Shown: positions 22,601 to 36,770, counted from the first letter of the stretch. The stretch is 64,000 nucleotides of DNA from Takakia lepidozioides (GCA_030704615.1 CM060734.1:51336001-51400000); one strand, 5' to 3'. Numbers and translations are program-made. Notes: generated by a model from the letters alone, not told the origin.

Positions 22601-25600
22601 GGCCAAGGCAAACAAAGTTTTATTAGTACATTCTCTCTCTTCGTATACTTTTTTCACTTCGTCCCATGGACAGAAGACATTTTCTTTCTTTCATTCGTTC
22701 TCCATCTCCTCCCCCTTTCCTGCTCAAACTGGGCGCGGGGTCAATGGCCACAAGGCTACGGCAAACAACGTCTTATGAGTACAATCTATCTCCTCCCCCT
22801 TCTCCCTTGCTGTGGCACCCCATGGACACAATGACTCTCTTCCCTATCACCACATTGCCTTCTTGTAGACATTGTGTCACTCACTATGCAAATTGGGAAA
22901 TAGAGCAGCACTGCTGGAATTAAAGTCTAGGTCAATGAGTACATTCACTGTGGACAAAAGGTATGGAAGAGCCTACCTGGTGTCCTGCAAAGGCTTTGAC
23001 TGGGCGGGCCTCCCCCAGCTTGCAGACATATATCATTTTGTCTGTGGAGCATGTGGCAAATGACACATTGTTGCGCCAATCCACATCTAATGTAGGTGCT
23101 GCCCAACCATATACCGCCCTCCAATTTGTGTTACAAAAATGTACAAAGATGGTCATTTTATTCAGTTTTTCCAACAAACAGATTGTGCTAGTTACGCTAC
23201 AGCTTTAAGTCCAACATGAAGACCTCACAGACAAGAGAAGGTGCAACATACCACCATGGTATTCAAACTGCTGTTTGACGTCACCAGTCTTGGCATCCCA
23301 AATGATCGCTGTCTTGTCCACGCTCCCACTCAACAAACAATCCCCTTTCTTGTTCCATTTCAGGGAAAAGATCGGGCCTTTGTGTTTGTTCAGAGTGTTC
23401 TTCAGTTCTCCTTCCCACCAATACAGACCCATCCACAACATAAGGACCCAAACAAATTGAGATTGCTCACTTCCGCAAGCATCAATCAACAGGACCTTCT
23501 GTGCACTGTCTGGTGATTTGTCCTGACAGATACAACTTTTAGATTTCAGCCAGCTTTCTTCTAGTAAGGTTTTCTTTCTCGAAAATATTTTCTTCACAGA
23601 ATGTATTGCACATGGAGACCGCTTGATTGAGGAAATAGAATCCAGGAAGAGGAAGAGCAAGAGATGCCTTGACTTCCATAGATCCCAAAATCGAAACCTT
23701 TCAGTGAGGAAACTAAACAAGAGGTTCTGTTTGAGGTAAATGATCTTTAATTGGGACATGTTTGCAAAGAATGGATCAGAACCCAACACAATGAACGGAA
23801 GGATTGGGAGTGTACCATCCTTACTCCAGATGCGAGCTTGACCATCATATGAACCTGTTGCAAGCAATGACCCCTCTCCCTACCACCACACCAAGGGTCC
23901 TCAATCAATGAATAAGGCAAACATAACGGCAACAAACAGCCATCCAATTCTTAGCGACTGAAGAAAGCACGCAGAAAAGAAGTATGCAATGCTTCTATTT
24001 TCTCACGGGTGGTGAGATTGAAACAGCAAATGGTCGACCCAGCTTACATTCCAGTCTAGTGTTGTGACATCTTTGCTCTTCTCATTGGTTTTTCCCTTAA
24101 AATGCTTCAGCACTAGAGGCCTGGGGGCTGCGTTCTGAGCTGATGTTCCGGAAGGACCGTCAGGTATGGTCCAAATTCTAGCTGTGGAGTCACCAGAACT
24201 GAGAAAACCCACCAAGCACATGTCAGTCTTTAAGACAGTACCAGTCTTGGCCTCTCCTGCCCAGCTTCCTTTCGTTGAATGTGCTTCCACTTCTTTTCCT
24301 CTTTTCTTTCTGTCTCCATCTTTGCCTAAAGAAAATATTTTCTTGACAAGCAAAAGTGACTTCATCAAAACCTCAATCCACATGCATGACCAACATGCAG
24401 AAGAGGAAGAATTTTCAATTCTCTTACCCAGAGGCAAGCAGAGATCCTGTAGGACTCCAAGCACAGATGAAAACCTGCATTGAAGCCGTGGCATTAGCCC
24501 TTCAGAACTGAAGCAAACCAACGTACGGTCCCCTATGGCAAGAGTCCACATCTAACTTCGCCCTCACATCAGTTTATAGCTGAGATGAGCTATGGCAAAA
24601 CAAACGTCAAGTCCGAATAATCAACGTATGCATGTAGACTCCACATAGGCATGTCCATACCTCAGATGTATGGCCTTCAAGAATGGTAACATCAGAATGC
24701 ATTATCTCACTGACTTGGAGTGACAGTGCACTGGCCACCTCCATTGAATCTGTGCACAAAAAATCAGAATGAGCACACAGTTAGAAACATGAAGCCTTTA
24801 TGGTTGCAATTTCTTTCCCAAAAACCATCCTACTTATGGTTATGTTTATGCTTGAGCTACTGGTCTACAAAAAAGCCCACCATGGATACAAAAAACCTGA
24901 ACCCTCAAGTGAAGCAATTTCCATCAATACTATATCAAGTTTGGCACTGCTTTCTTGGAGGTATCTTGCAGCCACTCATAAGCTTTAAAAGGAAAAAGAA
25001 AGAAAGCTCGTCACTGTCAATCCCCTCAGAGGGAGCATAACTACTTTCTCCATAGGAAAAATGATCAGATAGTCCACATCCCTGACAAATTGCTCCTCAC
25101 ATGAGGACTAACAAAGAGAAGTAGACACCTCCGCAAGGCACTCGTGGCTCTTCGACCTTCACTTTGCTCTTCTCTTCACGCTCCTTCTCCCGCTCAAACC
25201 TATCGCGTTCCCTCTCCTTCTCTTTCTCCCTTTCACGGTCCCTTTCCCGCTCCACCCGCTCCCTCTCCCTCTCCTTTTCTCGCTCTTGCCGCTCCCTCTC
25301 CCTCTCCCGTTCTTTCTCTCTCTCCCTCTCCCTCTCCCTCTCCTTCTCCTTCTCCTTCTCCTTCTCTTTCTCCCTCTCAATCTTCTCTCGCTTCTCTTTG
25401 ATCATAAGCCGCAGCTCCATCACATCTTTCGTCAAGAGATCCACTGGCTGCAGCAATGAATAGTCGCCATCCACATCTGTTCCATCCTGCACGGGTCCAC
25501 ACAGCATGAAATCTCTGCTAGGGTAAAACAATACCCTACTGATTTCCTATGCTGTCTCCTAACAAGATTGGCTAGAATGATTATTTTTCCTGCAAACATG

Positions 25601-26919
25601 TCAAACCACAATGAACAAAGCTAATGTACTCCAGCAAAAGCCAAAGTTGCAACTTCTAGATCAACAATATTAACAAGTCAAGTTGCATTGCCCTTTAAAC
25701 TTCTACATTTGAAGACTCTAACAAACAAGCACTCTATAGTGCAATTTCCCAGAGGTGTGGCAAATGCATCAGTATAAGATTTGGCATATGACTCTTCACA
25801 AGCTCAGGCAGTTTAGGAGAAGATGAGAGGAGGGAATGTGCAGCATCTGAGAACAGCTCACATCATTCAGATTAGCTTCCAACTCCAAGTACTGCAACCC
25901 CTTTTGAACAAATGAGACAAGTGCCCCTGGAGGCACATGATTGCCATTGATATTGCTCTTGTGGAGTCCAGCTTCATAGCCCAGCACAAAGGCTGAGTGT
26001 GTGAAACCTGCAAGCACTCAGCAAAAATCACAGTGGTTTATATGGGTATTCCTAGAACTTGATGCAACCCCATATAGGATAAGGATGCCCACAAAAAGAC
26101 ACACATTGGGTCATTTTTGTGTGCCTTAAGATTGAAGTGGAACAAAGGAACAAGCCACCTCAAAGTGGACATCTTCTGTGAACCCAGTCTGAATATCCTT
26201 AATCACATGACAACAAAACTCAAAACAGTAAGAACTTGCTTAGAACAGCATGGCTGACGGATGACATAAACTTCATCAAAAGAGTAAAACATAACTGAAC
26301 CTCTTTACTCGTGGGACTACAAGCAAAACCCATTCTGTTCCATGTGATGACTCATGTAGGATGCCGACTTTGACAGGTCAATTCCAGAGTTTAATTGGAA
26401 GATTTGCTACAGTTGATATCCATTTATACATACTACAAAGTCTCATCCCAAAAGATACAAACCCATTTGAAATTCTTCCAAATAACATTTCACTTGATCC
26501 TGGAGCAGTTTCAGTCCCAGTAGTCATTCACTATTTAAGTTGCGTTAGTGCACTCTCACCCAAAAGGCGAGAGTGCAAAAGGCCAATGCCAACCTAAAAT
26601 CAACTGTGAATTCTATCTTGTCAAACTGCTGTTGTTGCCTGTGTGCGAACTGTCTGCCACAGGTTTCCCGAAGACTTAGCATATATCTGTCCAAGTAAAG
26701 AATGGGCAGCGAATACATCCCTCACCATCACAAGTGTTTCTAGGTATGCAGGAGTTGCACAAACCCGACTGAACGATTAGGGCATGTATCCATCAAACAG
26801 GATGCATCAAGTTCACACTGCAAACATCTTTTCCACTGGAAGAAATCTGGAGAGGTACCTGATTCGTGTAAGTACCGAAATAGTAAGAAATTGAGCTCGT
26901 GCGACGTGATGGTAGTCAT
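19619..26919 (-). CDS. HOS15: HOS15 / TBL1-like LisH-WD40 transcriptional corepressor subunit, multi-exon
   Basis: Exon 1 [20 protein letters not shown] (26919-26859) and [14 protein letters not shown]...[20 protein letters not shown] (LisH); an E/R/K-rich exon at ~25130-25490; WD40 exons ([51 protein letters not shown]); ends VCVLDFRL* at 19619. Confidence 0.94.
20116..20223. repeat. 54-bp tandem duplication in a HOS15 intron
   Basis: ttttccagctttcacata(a/g)tccaga(a/g)ttaatgcctcataaagctgatataaaac, two copies starting at 20116 and 20170. Confidence 0.85.
22240..22632 (+). mobile_element. 5'-truncated non-LTR retrotransposon family 2 copy in a HOS15 intron
   Basis: Zinc-knuckle-like [17 protein letters not shown], then 3' terminus ggcgtggggtctatggccacacggccaaggcaaacaaagttttattagtaca and a CT tract. 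Confidence 0.72.
22721..22784 (+). mobile_element. 64-bp retro-insert (family 2 3' terminus) with TSD
   Basis: tgctcaaactgggcgcggggtcaatggccacaaggctacggcaaacaacgtcttatgagtacaa, with atctcctccccctt on both sides. Identical to 58151-58214. Confidence 0.8.
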
Positions 26920-28682
26920 TATCACCCTGTTCGGAACCAATCTTTTACTGTGAAACCTGTGAACAAAGGTGGTGAATTGCGGAAATCAGACCAGTCCGCT
27001 CAGCAACTAATTCGCCGCTACTCACGAGGGACATGGAGACAGAAACCCCTCACATAGATTACGTTGCAAACACACGGTTCTTCCGCCTTCACAGATCATG
27101 CCTCTCTGCTTGATCCTTGTCCCTGACCGAACTTCGAATTGCGTTGTAAGAAAGCGTAATGTATCCAATATGTACACTGAGAAAGAACATGTGAAGTTAG
27201 GGTTAGGTTTAGGGATAGAGGTCAGCTAAAACACACCACGTTCTTTATTGTTTCTCATTGTCTTAATTAATTAATTTTAATTGCCTTACCCCCCACAGCC
27301 GGTAGTAGGTAGCGCTCCGGCTGTTCCGCAAGTGCGTATACCCGGTACCCCCAAAACCCTAAAAGAAAAAGAAAGTGAATACGTGGCAGCAACTTCTGAA
27401 TCTTTTTCTCATTCCATAAAATTACACGACCGAACAGGGAGTGAGGATCGATCCGTATGGCCCTATCATCTACGGCTGGACTGTTGATGCTTGCGGAGCA
27501 GGCTGCCTGCCGACTTGGTACTGGAGGTGCTGGCACGTCTATTCTATTCAGAACTTAATTTGTCGCTTCCGCTCGGTCTGCAACTGTTGGAATTCCCTTC
27601 CGTCTAGTTTTCTAGAGCTTCGACAATCGCATGTCCAGAAGGAGGGCGTACCTCTTTGGCGTCCAACCTGGTCCGAGTCTCTTTGGTATTTATGATGGCA
27701 TAAAAGGTGTGGAGTACGAACTGAATTGTCGATTCACTGCGGAGCATTTACAACGTATAGAGATAGATGGATATGATGACCTTATATTGTTTTCTATCCT
27801 TGAGACACCAAATCTGATGTTAGCGTACGACTTGTTTTTGGGACTGTGGAAATGGCTTCCTAAGCCTCCTTCACGTAGTGAAACTTCGCTATATATCAAT
27901 GGCAACATTAGTGCACTAGTTTAGGTACCAGAGTCACATCTGTAACAATATCTAAAGCTTAAAATAAACTTATTACTTATATCTTGTTCCATCTTGTCTA
28001 TGCTATTTGTATAAGATAGGTTCTTGAATCGTGAGTACAAGAGGTGAACATGACGCAGTAGCAATGGAAATCAGATTATATGTGCAAGTAAAGAACGAGT
28101 AAACAAGAGTTGGATCAATTGATGCATTAACTTTCAGGAGTACTGCCAGTATGCCTCTTACCTTCAGAGTGTCGTCTGCAACAATAGATCAGCATATTTT
28201 GAGACCTAGAGACAGATAAAAAAACAAGCCCGCGATGTCAACTCAGGCAAGAATTAGTAGCCCAGCTACTGTGGGCAGCAAAGAAGCTAATAATTATGTC
28301 AAGGTGTAAGTAGATTCTAGCACCGTATCCAAGGAAGTTGATGTAGCATACACACTGAGGCTGCAGCCCCGCCTACATGAGAGCCAAATGTACATGCATG
28401 CATTTACTCCTCCTTCACCACGTATCTGAATGTCACTTTAGTCACACGCACAGTTTAGATCCTTCCTAGCCCCGGTCGGGCACTGGAAACAATCACAAAG
28501 GAGTTTACCTATTGATCACTTGAGTATCTTGACCCCTTCTTTGGCCTCTGCCTTGAACTTGTGTAAACTCACCAAGGACCAACTGATGGTCAGCTCCTGT
28601 CAAATCCTCCCTACCCCCTCTTCATCTCTAATTTCATGTCCTCTCCAGTTATCAATGTTTCTTATTGGCAACCTACTTACCT

Positions 28683-28703
28683 TAAACCCTAAACCCTGAA
28701 CCC
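28683..28703 (+). promoter_or_regulatory. Telo-box-like motif upstream of the dNK gene, in the divergent HOS15-dNK interval
   Basis: taaaccctaaaccctgaaccc lies ~220 bp before the ATG. A similar tagggttaggtttaggg sits at ~27198-27214 upstream of HOS15. Function is inferred only from the plant telo-box consensus AAACCCTA. Confidence 0.4.
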
Positions 28704-28922
28704 GGTTTCTCCCTTAGAGGGTTGTGTCACCCCGGTCAGTGTCACCCCTGTCTCATGTAGCTGTAGAACAGTTTATAGGTAGGCACCCCCTTCCCTGTCA
28801 GGTCTTGCACAGCGGGAAGTAGGTGAGGCTTTGAAGCCTGCCCTGCTGTAGAGGAGCATCGCGCTTGAGAGTACACACAGGGACTACAACATACTGTTCT
28901 CTCTGTCTCGGTCACCGCGGGG

Positions 28923-31900
28923 ATGGCAGCAACTTCCTGCGTTCTCCTCCCCGCGCATGCCCACACCGTACTGAAGGCCCTGTCGTCTCGCTTCGGGGGG
29001 ATGCGAGTCATGCATCGAATTAAAAGGCTGGGCTGGGTTGTGGAGCTGAAAGCGGCATCTCCCTTGTCAATGGTGGCTATGGCGCCTTCTGGGATGCCAT
29101 TCAAATTAGGTAAAAATATGAAACACTTCGCGGTGTCCTATTTTGGGGTCGTTGTTTTGTGTGTTATGCGCCATCGGACCCAGGCTTCGAATCGTCTTTA
29201 CGCAATTCAGCTGAAATAAATGTAAGTAGTCTGGGCAAAGAAGCAAGAACGCGCACGGGATCGTTAGACACACTTGAACGCAATGTAGTGATGGGATTGT
29301 TGTTGATTTAAGTGCCAGCATTGAAACCATGTGTGACGTCTGAATCCGCCACCGCTACTTAAGCCCCATACCTGAAAACAGGGGTGAGGTTTTTGTTGTG
29401 CACATTATCGAAGAAGTGTAAAACAGCCCTTGGGGGGGCGTCGTTGTCATTGCACTGCCGGTCAGATTGTAGGGCCCCTCCCCTAATTTGGTTGTTTTTG
29501 GATTGTAGGACGAGCTCGAAGACGCCGAACAGTTGGAACCAATGCAACCCGGCAGGCTCAGGACCCTCTTCCTGACCTTCTGACAGTTCCAGGGATAGGC
29601 CCCCGCAACATGGAAAAACTGGTGGCTAAAGGAATTGCCAAACTAGCAGAGCTGAAGCAGCTGTACCGGGATAAGGTGCTTGTTCCTTTGCACTCAGCTC
29701 AAGTAGTTTAATGTGGTAGCAGTTTGGTTTAGCTGCAGTCGCCTGCAAGAAGAGGGGAGAGAAAAGTTGGATTTGCAGTTGTTCTGCGAGATAGGTAGCC
29801 AAGACAGTTGATAGAGAGGTTTGACTCAAAGATTGACCGGCTTTGGGGGAGAGAGATGTGTGAACAAATGTTAAGGGGCGTAATTCCAGAAGACATGTAT
29901 TCCTGCAGTTTCGTGACAATGGCTCGGATAAGATGGTGGAGTACTTGCAAAGCTCAGTCGGCATATTACACAAGCACCATGCTGCCAGCATCACCAACTT
30001 CATCAAGGACACTGTGGATGCCGAGCTGGCCGTCAAAGAGGATGGCTCTCAGAGAAAGAAGCGCCTCACCTTCTGTGTGGAAGGGAACATCAGTGTTGGC
30101 AAGTCAACGTTTCTGCAGAAAATTGCTAATGAAACTATTGAGTTGCGGGACATGGTGGAGGTACATATTCATTTTGCTTTTGTAATAAATTCTGATATCG
30201 TAGTTTCGATACTGGGGTATATATCTTTCAACAAAACCTTTCGGATGAAGCTATTTGACTTTTCTCCACCAAACCCTCGAGCCACCATTTTGTATGTGAA
30301 CTCATTATGCTCTTGGAATCACTCATGAAACTCCAGGGTGCACACTATAATGGTTGTATCGACAAAGAATGAGGTCTGTAAGGGTTTATAGAGGTTTTTC
30401 CATTCAGGTCTACTTATTTTTTATCTACAATGGTCTCTGCATGTTAAGCAGTGTTGTCTTTTCAAGCACACAACTTTTGATAATGCAAATGCTTGCGTTG
30501 TAGATAGATTGCAACAGTGTGATGGCCTCCAGGCCTTTCATTTGATATAAAATCAAGCAAGCTTAACATCTTGTTCCAGTCTAAGTTTGATCATTTTTCT
30601 CTGAAATTTGTGGTCAGATTGTACCTGAGCCAGTTGCCAAGTGGCAAGATGTGGGGCCAGATCACTTCAACATTCTGGAATCGTTTTATGCGGAGCCAGA
30701 GCGTTACGCCTACACATTCCAAAACTATGTTTTTGTCACCCGTCTTATGCAGGAGCGCGAATCAGCCAATGGGGTAAAACCCCTGCGTTTGATGGAGCGG
30801 AGTGTTTTCAGTGACCGAATGGTATTCTTTTATGCCTTTTTTTCCTTTCCGGAAGTAGATGTCTTTGTGCTTGCAATATTTCATCTTAGAGGGATAAACG
30901 CCCAGGTACTCAGGATGGAAACTGGAACAGGTGGCTCCAGAAGGTTTGTTAGTGTAATGCCATCTCAACGATAGACTCCTTACAAACTTGTCAAAATTCA
31001 AAATGATTTGGAGAGGGCATGGCAGGTATTTGTGCGTGCAGTGCATGAGGCCAAGTGGATGAATGAGATGGAAATCAGCATCTATGATTCATGGTTCAAC
31101 CCAGTTGTATCAGAGCTACCGGGTCTGGTTCCTGATGCTTTCATTTATCTGCGAGCCAGCCCAGACACCTGCCTGCGTCGACTACAGTCTCGCAAGCGGT
31201 AATCTCATAGAGAGGCTGTACCACCCCTATACACCTTGAGGAGTTTTTGTTCCAAACTTTTGCCTCTTTGGGGTACTGGATTTTAGAAACATGTTCGAGG
31301 GCTGATACTTGAGCCAGTTCTATCATAGTCTTGACAAGTGGAAAAACATGTATTTGACGGTACACAATGACCATAAAAGGATATGATTGTGACTGTCACG
31401 AGGGGAGGTTGGTCTTCCTGCCAAGTCAATTATCCGAATCATTTGATTTCCTTCACATAGTGGCATGATTACATTGATTGTGACAAATATCAGTTATTTT
31501 AAAGCTTGGACGATTTATTAAGCTGCGGGTTCCATAAACTGCTGTTTTGTAACTTGCCAGACCTGAGGAACAGGGAGTTAATTTGGAGTATCTGCGCGGC
31601 CTTCATGAAAAGCATGAGCAGTGGCTTCTTCCAGCCAACACTCGTAGTGGAGTGCTCTCAGTTAGTCCAGCATTAAAGGAACCCCTGTCGGCACGAATCC
31701 GAGATCGTGTATTCTATCTGGAGGGTGATCATGTCCACTCGTGTATTCAAAAGGTGGGGTCATGATTATGTCTGAAACTTGGTTCTCTCAAGTGAATTCA
31801 ATATTGGAACAATCTCTGTTTGCAATGCTTGAACTCTTGTGAATTGATTGGATCTTGATCAATACTGCAGTAGACCTTGCAGTGCTTGAAGGACAGAATT

Positions 31901-32605
31901 TTTTTGCCACTAGTGTCCTATGATAGTGAAGCATGCAAATTTTTTGTTGGGCAATTTGTAGACCTTGAGTACCCAAACTTCACACTCGTTTTTTTTTTGG
32001 GTTTTCTAATGCAATAATAAACCAATATTACTCAATCGTTTGCTAAAGTCGTCTCTTGGTTGCAGGTACCAGCATTAATGTTAGATTGTGACGCCACCAT
32101 TGATTTCAGCCGTGACTTTGAAGCTAAAGCAGAGTGAGTTCATGTCTAACCCTTCCTATAGTTGTTGTGTAGTGCTTCCTTCGACAGTCTCTTCCCTTCC
32201 TCTCTGGACATTACTGTTTACAGTTCCAAACTGAAGCATATTGCACATCCAGTTGGCAGCAGTATGAGTACGACAAAGATCTTTGGCCTGTAAACAAAGA
32301 CTCAATGAGACCGTTGCATAAAGAGAGGACAAATGGAAAATTAAGGCTGTTGGATTGCAGAAACTAAGCCAATGTATTGTTGGTTTGTGTGTTGATGTAG
32401 ATATGCCCGACAAGTGGCAGACTTCTTTGAGTATGTACAGCGAACAAAGAACAGCCAAGCAAGTGAAAAAGTAACAGGTGGACGAAGTCAACTTGTGCTA
32501 CCACTCTCTGGAGGTTTGTTAGGACCTGATGGGTCACAGTTACTTGGTGGCAACCCACTGGATGCAGTAAACTTCAGACGACGGGTTTCTTCTTTTTGTA
32601 CATAG
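28923..32605 (+). CDS. dNK: Multisubstrate deoxyribonucleoside kinase (plant dNK), 8 exons
   Basis: Exons 28923-29109, 29509-29675, 29909-30160, 30618-30821, 31026-31198, 31561-31753, 32066-32133, 32401-32605. Motifs DLLTVPGIGPRN, P-loop VEGNISVGKSTF, VPEPVAKWQ, RLMERSVFSDRMVF, PDAFIYLRASPDTC and LEYLRGLHEKHEQWL. Confidence 0.92.
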
Positions 32606-32780
32606 TCGGCGATGTCAAGCCGCTCATCCACCTGTTCATCTGTGCAAGTAGGTGTTTCCAATTTTGAGCAATTGTGAGATTGGGACGCGGTCATTTTGGT
32701 GAAGACATGCATTTGGGGAGTGTCCATCTTGGTACAAATAGACAGCGAGACCTCGACCCACGTAAAGGCAACACACCAAT

Positions 32781-33050
32781 ACAGCAAGTCTTGTTTTATG
32801 TTTGGAAGGTTGGTGAATCACGCATATTTCTAGAGAGCCTCAAGGACTAAATGCCCAGCCAAGTCAACTCAACCAGTACAGCAAGTTTGGTTTTATGTTT
32901 GGAAGGGTGGTGAATCATGCAGATTTCTAGAGAGCCTCAAGGACTAAATGCCCAGCCAAGTCAACTCAACCAGAACAGCAAGTTTGGTTTTATGTTTGGA
33001 AGGGTAGTGAATCATGCACATTTCTAGAGAGCCAAGTCAACTCAATCAGT
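32781..33050. repeat. 97-bp tandem repeat, ~2.8 copies, downstream of the dNK stop codon
   Basis: Unit acagcaagt..gttttatgtttggaagg..gtgaatca.gca.atttctagagagcctcaaggactaaatgcccagccaagtcaactcaaccag starts at 32781, 32878 and 32975; the third copy has a deletion. Confidence 0.9.
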
Positions 33051-33793
33051 TGAATGACACCGGATTAGATCAGTGTAGCCGGTTTTTGGATTTGGTGGCC
33101 CTATTGTATGTATTCAGTTCCTTAGTGAGAAGAAGCAATATCAAAGCTCCTTGAGGATAGTTCTGGCATGAGAGGGCCATGACCACCTTTCACCTTGTAT
33201 TATATTGAATTTGTGTCCCATGCACAGCTAGTAAAAGCTGTTGTAATGATCAAATGATTCTCTTATCTGAGTGTGTTATTGTTGCAAATGAAATGTCTAC
33301 AGGGTAGGATATGTGGTACTTGTGGTGTGGTGGATGCCCATTCCCATTGCCTGCAGAAAAAAGCTTGGTTTCTTTCAGTTTCACTTTCATATACAGGCTG
33401 GGTTGGACCCTTGGAGAGAATCCAGGGATATTGCAGCTGGTATAGCAGTCCTTTCAAGACTTGCAACATTCTTAAGCACCTGCAGTTACCAAAGCAAACA
33501 ATCCCATGGAATGCACATTGAGCCCTATCTTAAAAGAAACCAGCAGATGCCTTGCAATAGAATGCAGAATAGTGGACATCTTCTCATCGTCTGGTCCAAC
33601 ACGTACCTCACTGGATAAATCAGATATCTGGGCATATGCTCTGTAATAATTAGGGCTATCTTCTGCAGTTGCTAATTGATCTGAAAATTCATCACCTGGT
33701 TGCCACCTTGCATGTGTGGAAAGGATGAAGTTGGGGAAAAACTTTACAGCAATGCTGTGAACAACAGCTGTGTCCTCTACACTTCGGTAATTA

Positions 33794-34051
<258 letters not shown>

Positions 34052-34199
34052 CTATGAAAAGATAGGAAGCACATTCAAAAGGAGTAATAGTCACTTCATG
34101 ACTCATGGTTCCTGTCATCACATGAGCTTAATGTCAGAAGTTTTCATTGTATCAGGCCCCACTTCTTTGAACTGCAAAGTGGCCTGGTAATCAACAGAT

Positions 34200-34950
34200 C
34201 ACTAGTAGGAAGTGTGTCCAAAACGACTGGACTTACGACTGGAAACCCAGTCGCAACGGACTCTGCGACTGGGCGGGGCAGAAGTCACAAAAGACTAGTG
34301 GTGACAGCTCAGTGGAGTGCTGTCGGGCTAGGCACTTAGCAAAAAAAGAAGGCGGGGGGCTTTTTTAAAAATTTGGGCGTTTACTAACGACCCCGCGTCG
34401 CAATAAAAAAAAACCGTCACAGTGACATGCTGTCCCGGCCTTCGCAAAGACACACCCTCTGTAAGGTAGGCAAATATGGGGTTATTTTTTGGCTTAGGGT
34501 TCAATGGTTTTTTGGGTTTTTAGGGTTTTCTTTTCCTTAAGGTACTGGGGTAGGGTATTTTTATTTATTTATGGTGCTGGGTTTTGGGTTTTGGATTATA
34601 GGTTTTGGTTTTGGGTTCCAAAGGATAGACGTTAATTAGGATTCACATATCCAAAAAGTGGTTCAATTTGGTAAGCGCAAAGCGTTGGGTCTCACTAAAT
34701 TTTTCCATGGTGTGGGCAACCTGAAGTACTCATTTTGGGTTCATTGTCCTTCTCACACCATAGGGATGCTTTGAACATGCCGGAAACCGGCATACCATCC
34801 TGTCAGAGGTTGCTTGTGTGCATTAAGTTCTTAAATTATTCTTATTATCTTCCGGCTTACTACCCAACCTCCTTGGTAGGAGAAAAAAACGATGAAAAAA
34901 TGACCATGAAAAGGATGATATTTTTGAAGATGCATAGTCTTTTGAAAATT
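34200..34950. mobile_element. CACTA-type transposon end (fragment; second terminus not found)
   Basis: Starts CACTAGTAGGAAG, followed by clustered (GC)GACTGG / (A)GTCGCAA subterminal repeats and an AT-rich tract with TTTTGGG/TTTAGGG runs. The right boundary is uncertain. Confidence 0.5.
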
Positions 34951-35234
34951 TGAATCATTTATACATCTCTCAATTGACAGGAGGAGCCTAGCAGTTTGTT
35001 GGGCCATGCTTTAAGGCAAGGACTTTGCAAGTACCTTAAGGCTAAAAGTAGCTTGGACCTTAAGATTAGGAGTAGGTGAGGACTATAGAAAGTACCTATA
35101 ATACAACTAGCTTAAAGCTGGATTTGAAATAGGTAGTTCATTTTAGACTTTAGGAGGTTGTGGGTTCAATCCATAATTTTACAAGAGATGCCAATTTACG
35201 CTTTAGGCCATTAACATGATTTATCTTTGATTGC

Positions 35235-35387
35235 GGCATTAAAGAAATTAAATCTATGTAAACACCTGTAACTTCCACTTTATTTGGCATTAAAGAAATT
35301 AAATCTATGTAAACACCTGTAACTTCCACTTTATTTGGCATTAAAGAAATTAAATCTATGTAAACACCTGTAACTTCCACTTTATTT
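35235..35387. repeat. Perfect 51-bp tandem repeat x3
   Basis: ggcattaaagaaattaaatctatgtaaacacctgtaacttccactttattt at 35235, 35286 and 35337. Confidence 0.95.
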
Positions 35388-35681
35388 AGGGACGAATGAG
35401 TGTTTGCACCCCTTCTGTCTCGCAACACTCAATCAGCAACACATCCTGGATACAAAAGCTTGGAACTTTAGAGTGGTATCCCCATTCTTCCACCCATTGC
35501 AAGGCAGGGCTTACACATTGCCTCGCTTGCTTCCAGTTTCTTCCCTCACTTGTGTGGCGATGCATTGGAAGGTAAAGCAGCCCCACCAAACAAGAGATTC
35601 ATCCAGCATTCACACATGAGAAGCCATGGTGTGACATTTCATTTGATAAGACAAGTCTCGTACACGGACTGATGGGCGCTC

Positions 35682-36770
35682 TCAAGTTTTGTGCAGTTTG
35701 GTGACGACTATTGTGCGCAGACACTGATCGAAAGAGCCACACACGGCCAGGCCCTGCTTATCAGGGCTCCAGTTAAAGCAGGATATGGGTTGTGTGGCGA
35801 GGGTCTGATTCGACAGGAGCTGCACTGTGCCGGCCACTCCGTACTCTTTTTTGTCCTCGTCTTTCAAAGTACGCTGCTCTGGATATGAGTATTTGTACAG
35901 CGACAGTGATCCATCCCCCCCAAGTGTAACAAAAACTTCGCGGTTTTGGGGCAGATGCTTCACCCCCCACACTGTGGTGCCATGTTTGAGCTTCTCGGCA
36001 AGGCTTGCGTAACCCTTCTCTGGATGGTAGGTTCGAAGGTCGTATAAGTGGAGCTTGGCTTCCAACGTCGTGCACACGAATTTGTTCATCTTGATGTCTT
36101 TGCGGTCAAAATCTATCCCACAGACTCCATTTGGTAGAGTTGTCTCCCACCGGACTTTTCCGGTCCTCAGATCAAACATCTTGACGTCTCCATTATCATA
36201 GCCAGCTAAGACACAACGCTCTTCGTCGTTGTAAGAGTTGCCAAATGCCACTGTCCAGCAATCTCTGGCTGCTGTACTGTCGCCTTTCTTAGGCTCAAAA
36301 CTGGCTACAGGGTCACCCTTTTGGCGTGGATCCCACACGCGCACCCGACCATCTCTCCCACCAGTGACAATCTCAGGGGCACCATAGCCAATATTCAAGC
36401 CCCCACAGCCATCAATCGCATTCACAATTGTATCATGTGCTTTCAGATGCCACACCGGTAAGCTGAGCTTTTCCAAGTCCCAGACGAAAAGGTTACCTTT
36501 GAAGTCTCCGGTCGCCAAATGTCTCTCTGCCAAGGTGGAAGCTCCAAAGGTCCCACACTTGAAGCTGTTGTGCTTCTCCGACTCTTTCAGTTTCTTGAGT
36601 TTCGATCCTTCTAGCTCATATACATGGATAGCCCCAGTATTGCGTGCCGTGGATCCTAACAGGACGAACCTCGCACTGCATGGGACCCACAGGGTATCAA
36701 AAATGGTGACAGCCAACGATTCGCAAACATGTTGCAAAATTTGCGGCCTATTCCTTGCATCACAGGCCAT
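35682..36770 (-). CDS. WDR92: WD repeat protein 92 (Monad / DNAAF10), axonemal dynein assembly co-chaperone, intronless, ~362 aa
   Basis: [109 protein letters not shown] and [18 protein letters not shown] match the WDR92 family. First ATG at 36770. Confidence 0.93.
   Translation of the reverse strand: MACDARNRPQILQHVCESLAVTIFDTLWVPCSARFVLLGSTARNTGAIHVYELEGSKLKKLKESEKHNSFKCGTFGASTLAERHLATGDFKGNLFVWDLEKLSLPVWHLKAHDTIVNAIDGCGGLNIGYGAPEIVTGGRDGRVRVWDPRQKGDPVASFEPKKGDSTAARDCWTVAFGNSYNDEERCVLAGYDNGDVKMFDLRTGKVRWETTLPNGVCGIDFDRKDIKMNKFVCTTLEAKLHLYDLRTYHPEKGYASLAEKLKHGTTVWGVKHLPQNREVFVTLGGDGSLSLYKYSYPEQRTLKDEDKKEYGVAGTVQLLSNQTLATQPISCFNWSPDKQGLAVCGSFDQCLRTIVVTKLHKT

Noticed and set aside
22721-22784. 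Known ribozyme or tRNA-derived SINE identity for the 64-bp insert
   Set aside because: No hammerhead core (CUGAUGA/GAAA), no recognisable HDV or twister pattern by eye, and no Pol III A/B boxes.
25144-25463. Ser/Pro-, Ser/Leu- and Arg/Gly-rich ORFs
   Set aside because: These are alternative-frame and antisense readings of the E/R/K-rich HOS15 exon.
27198-28703. Interstitial telomere or chromosome-fusion scar
   Set aside because: Only 2-3 degenerate units near gene starts; better explained as ordinary telo-box-like motifs.
35235-35387. Possible CRISPR-like array, or repeat protein ORF 35150-35428
   Set aside because: The units are contiguous and identical with no spacers, the context is eukaryotic, and the ORF arises only because 51 is divisible by 3.
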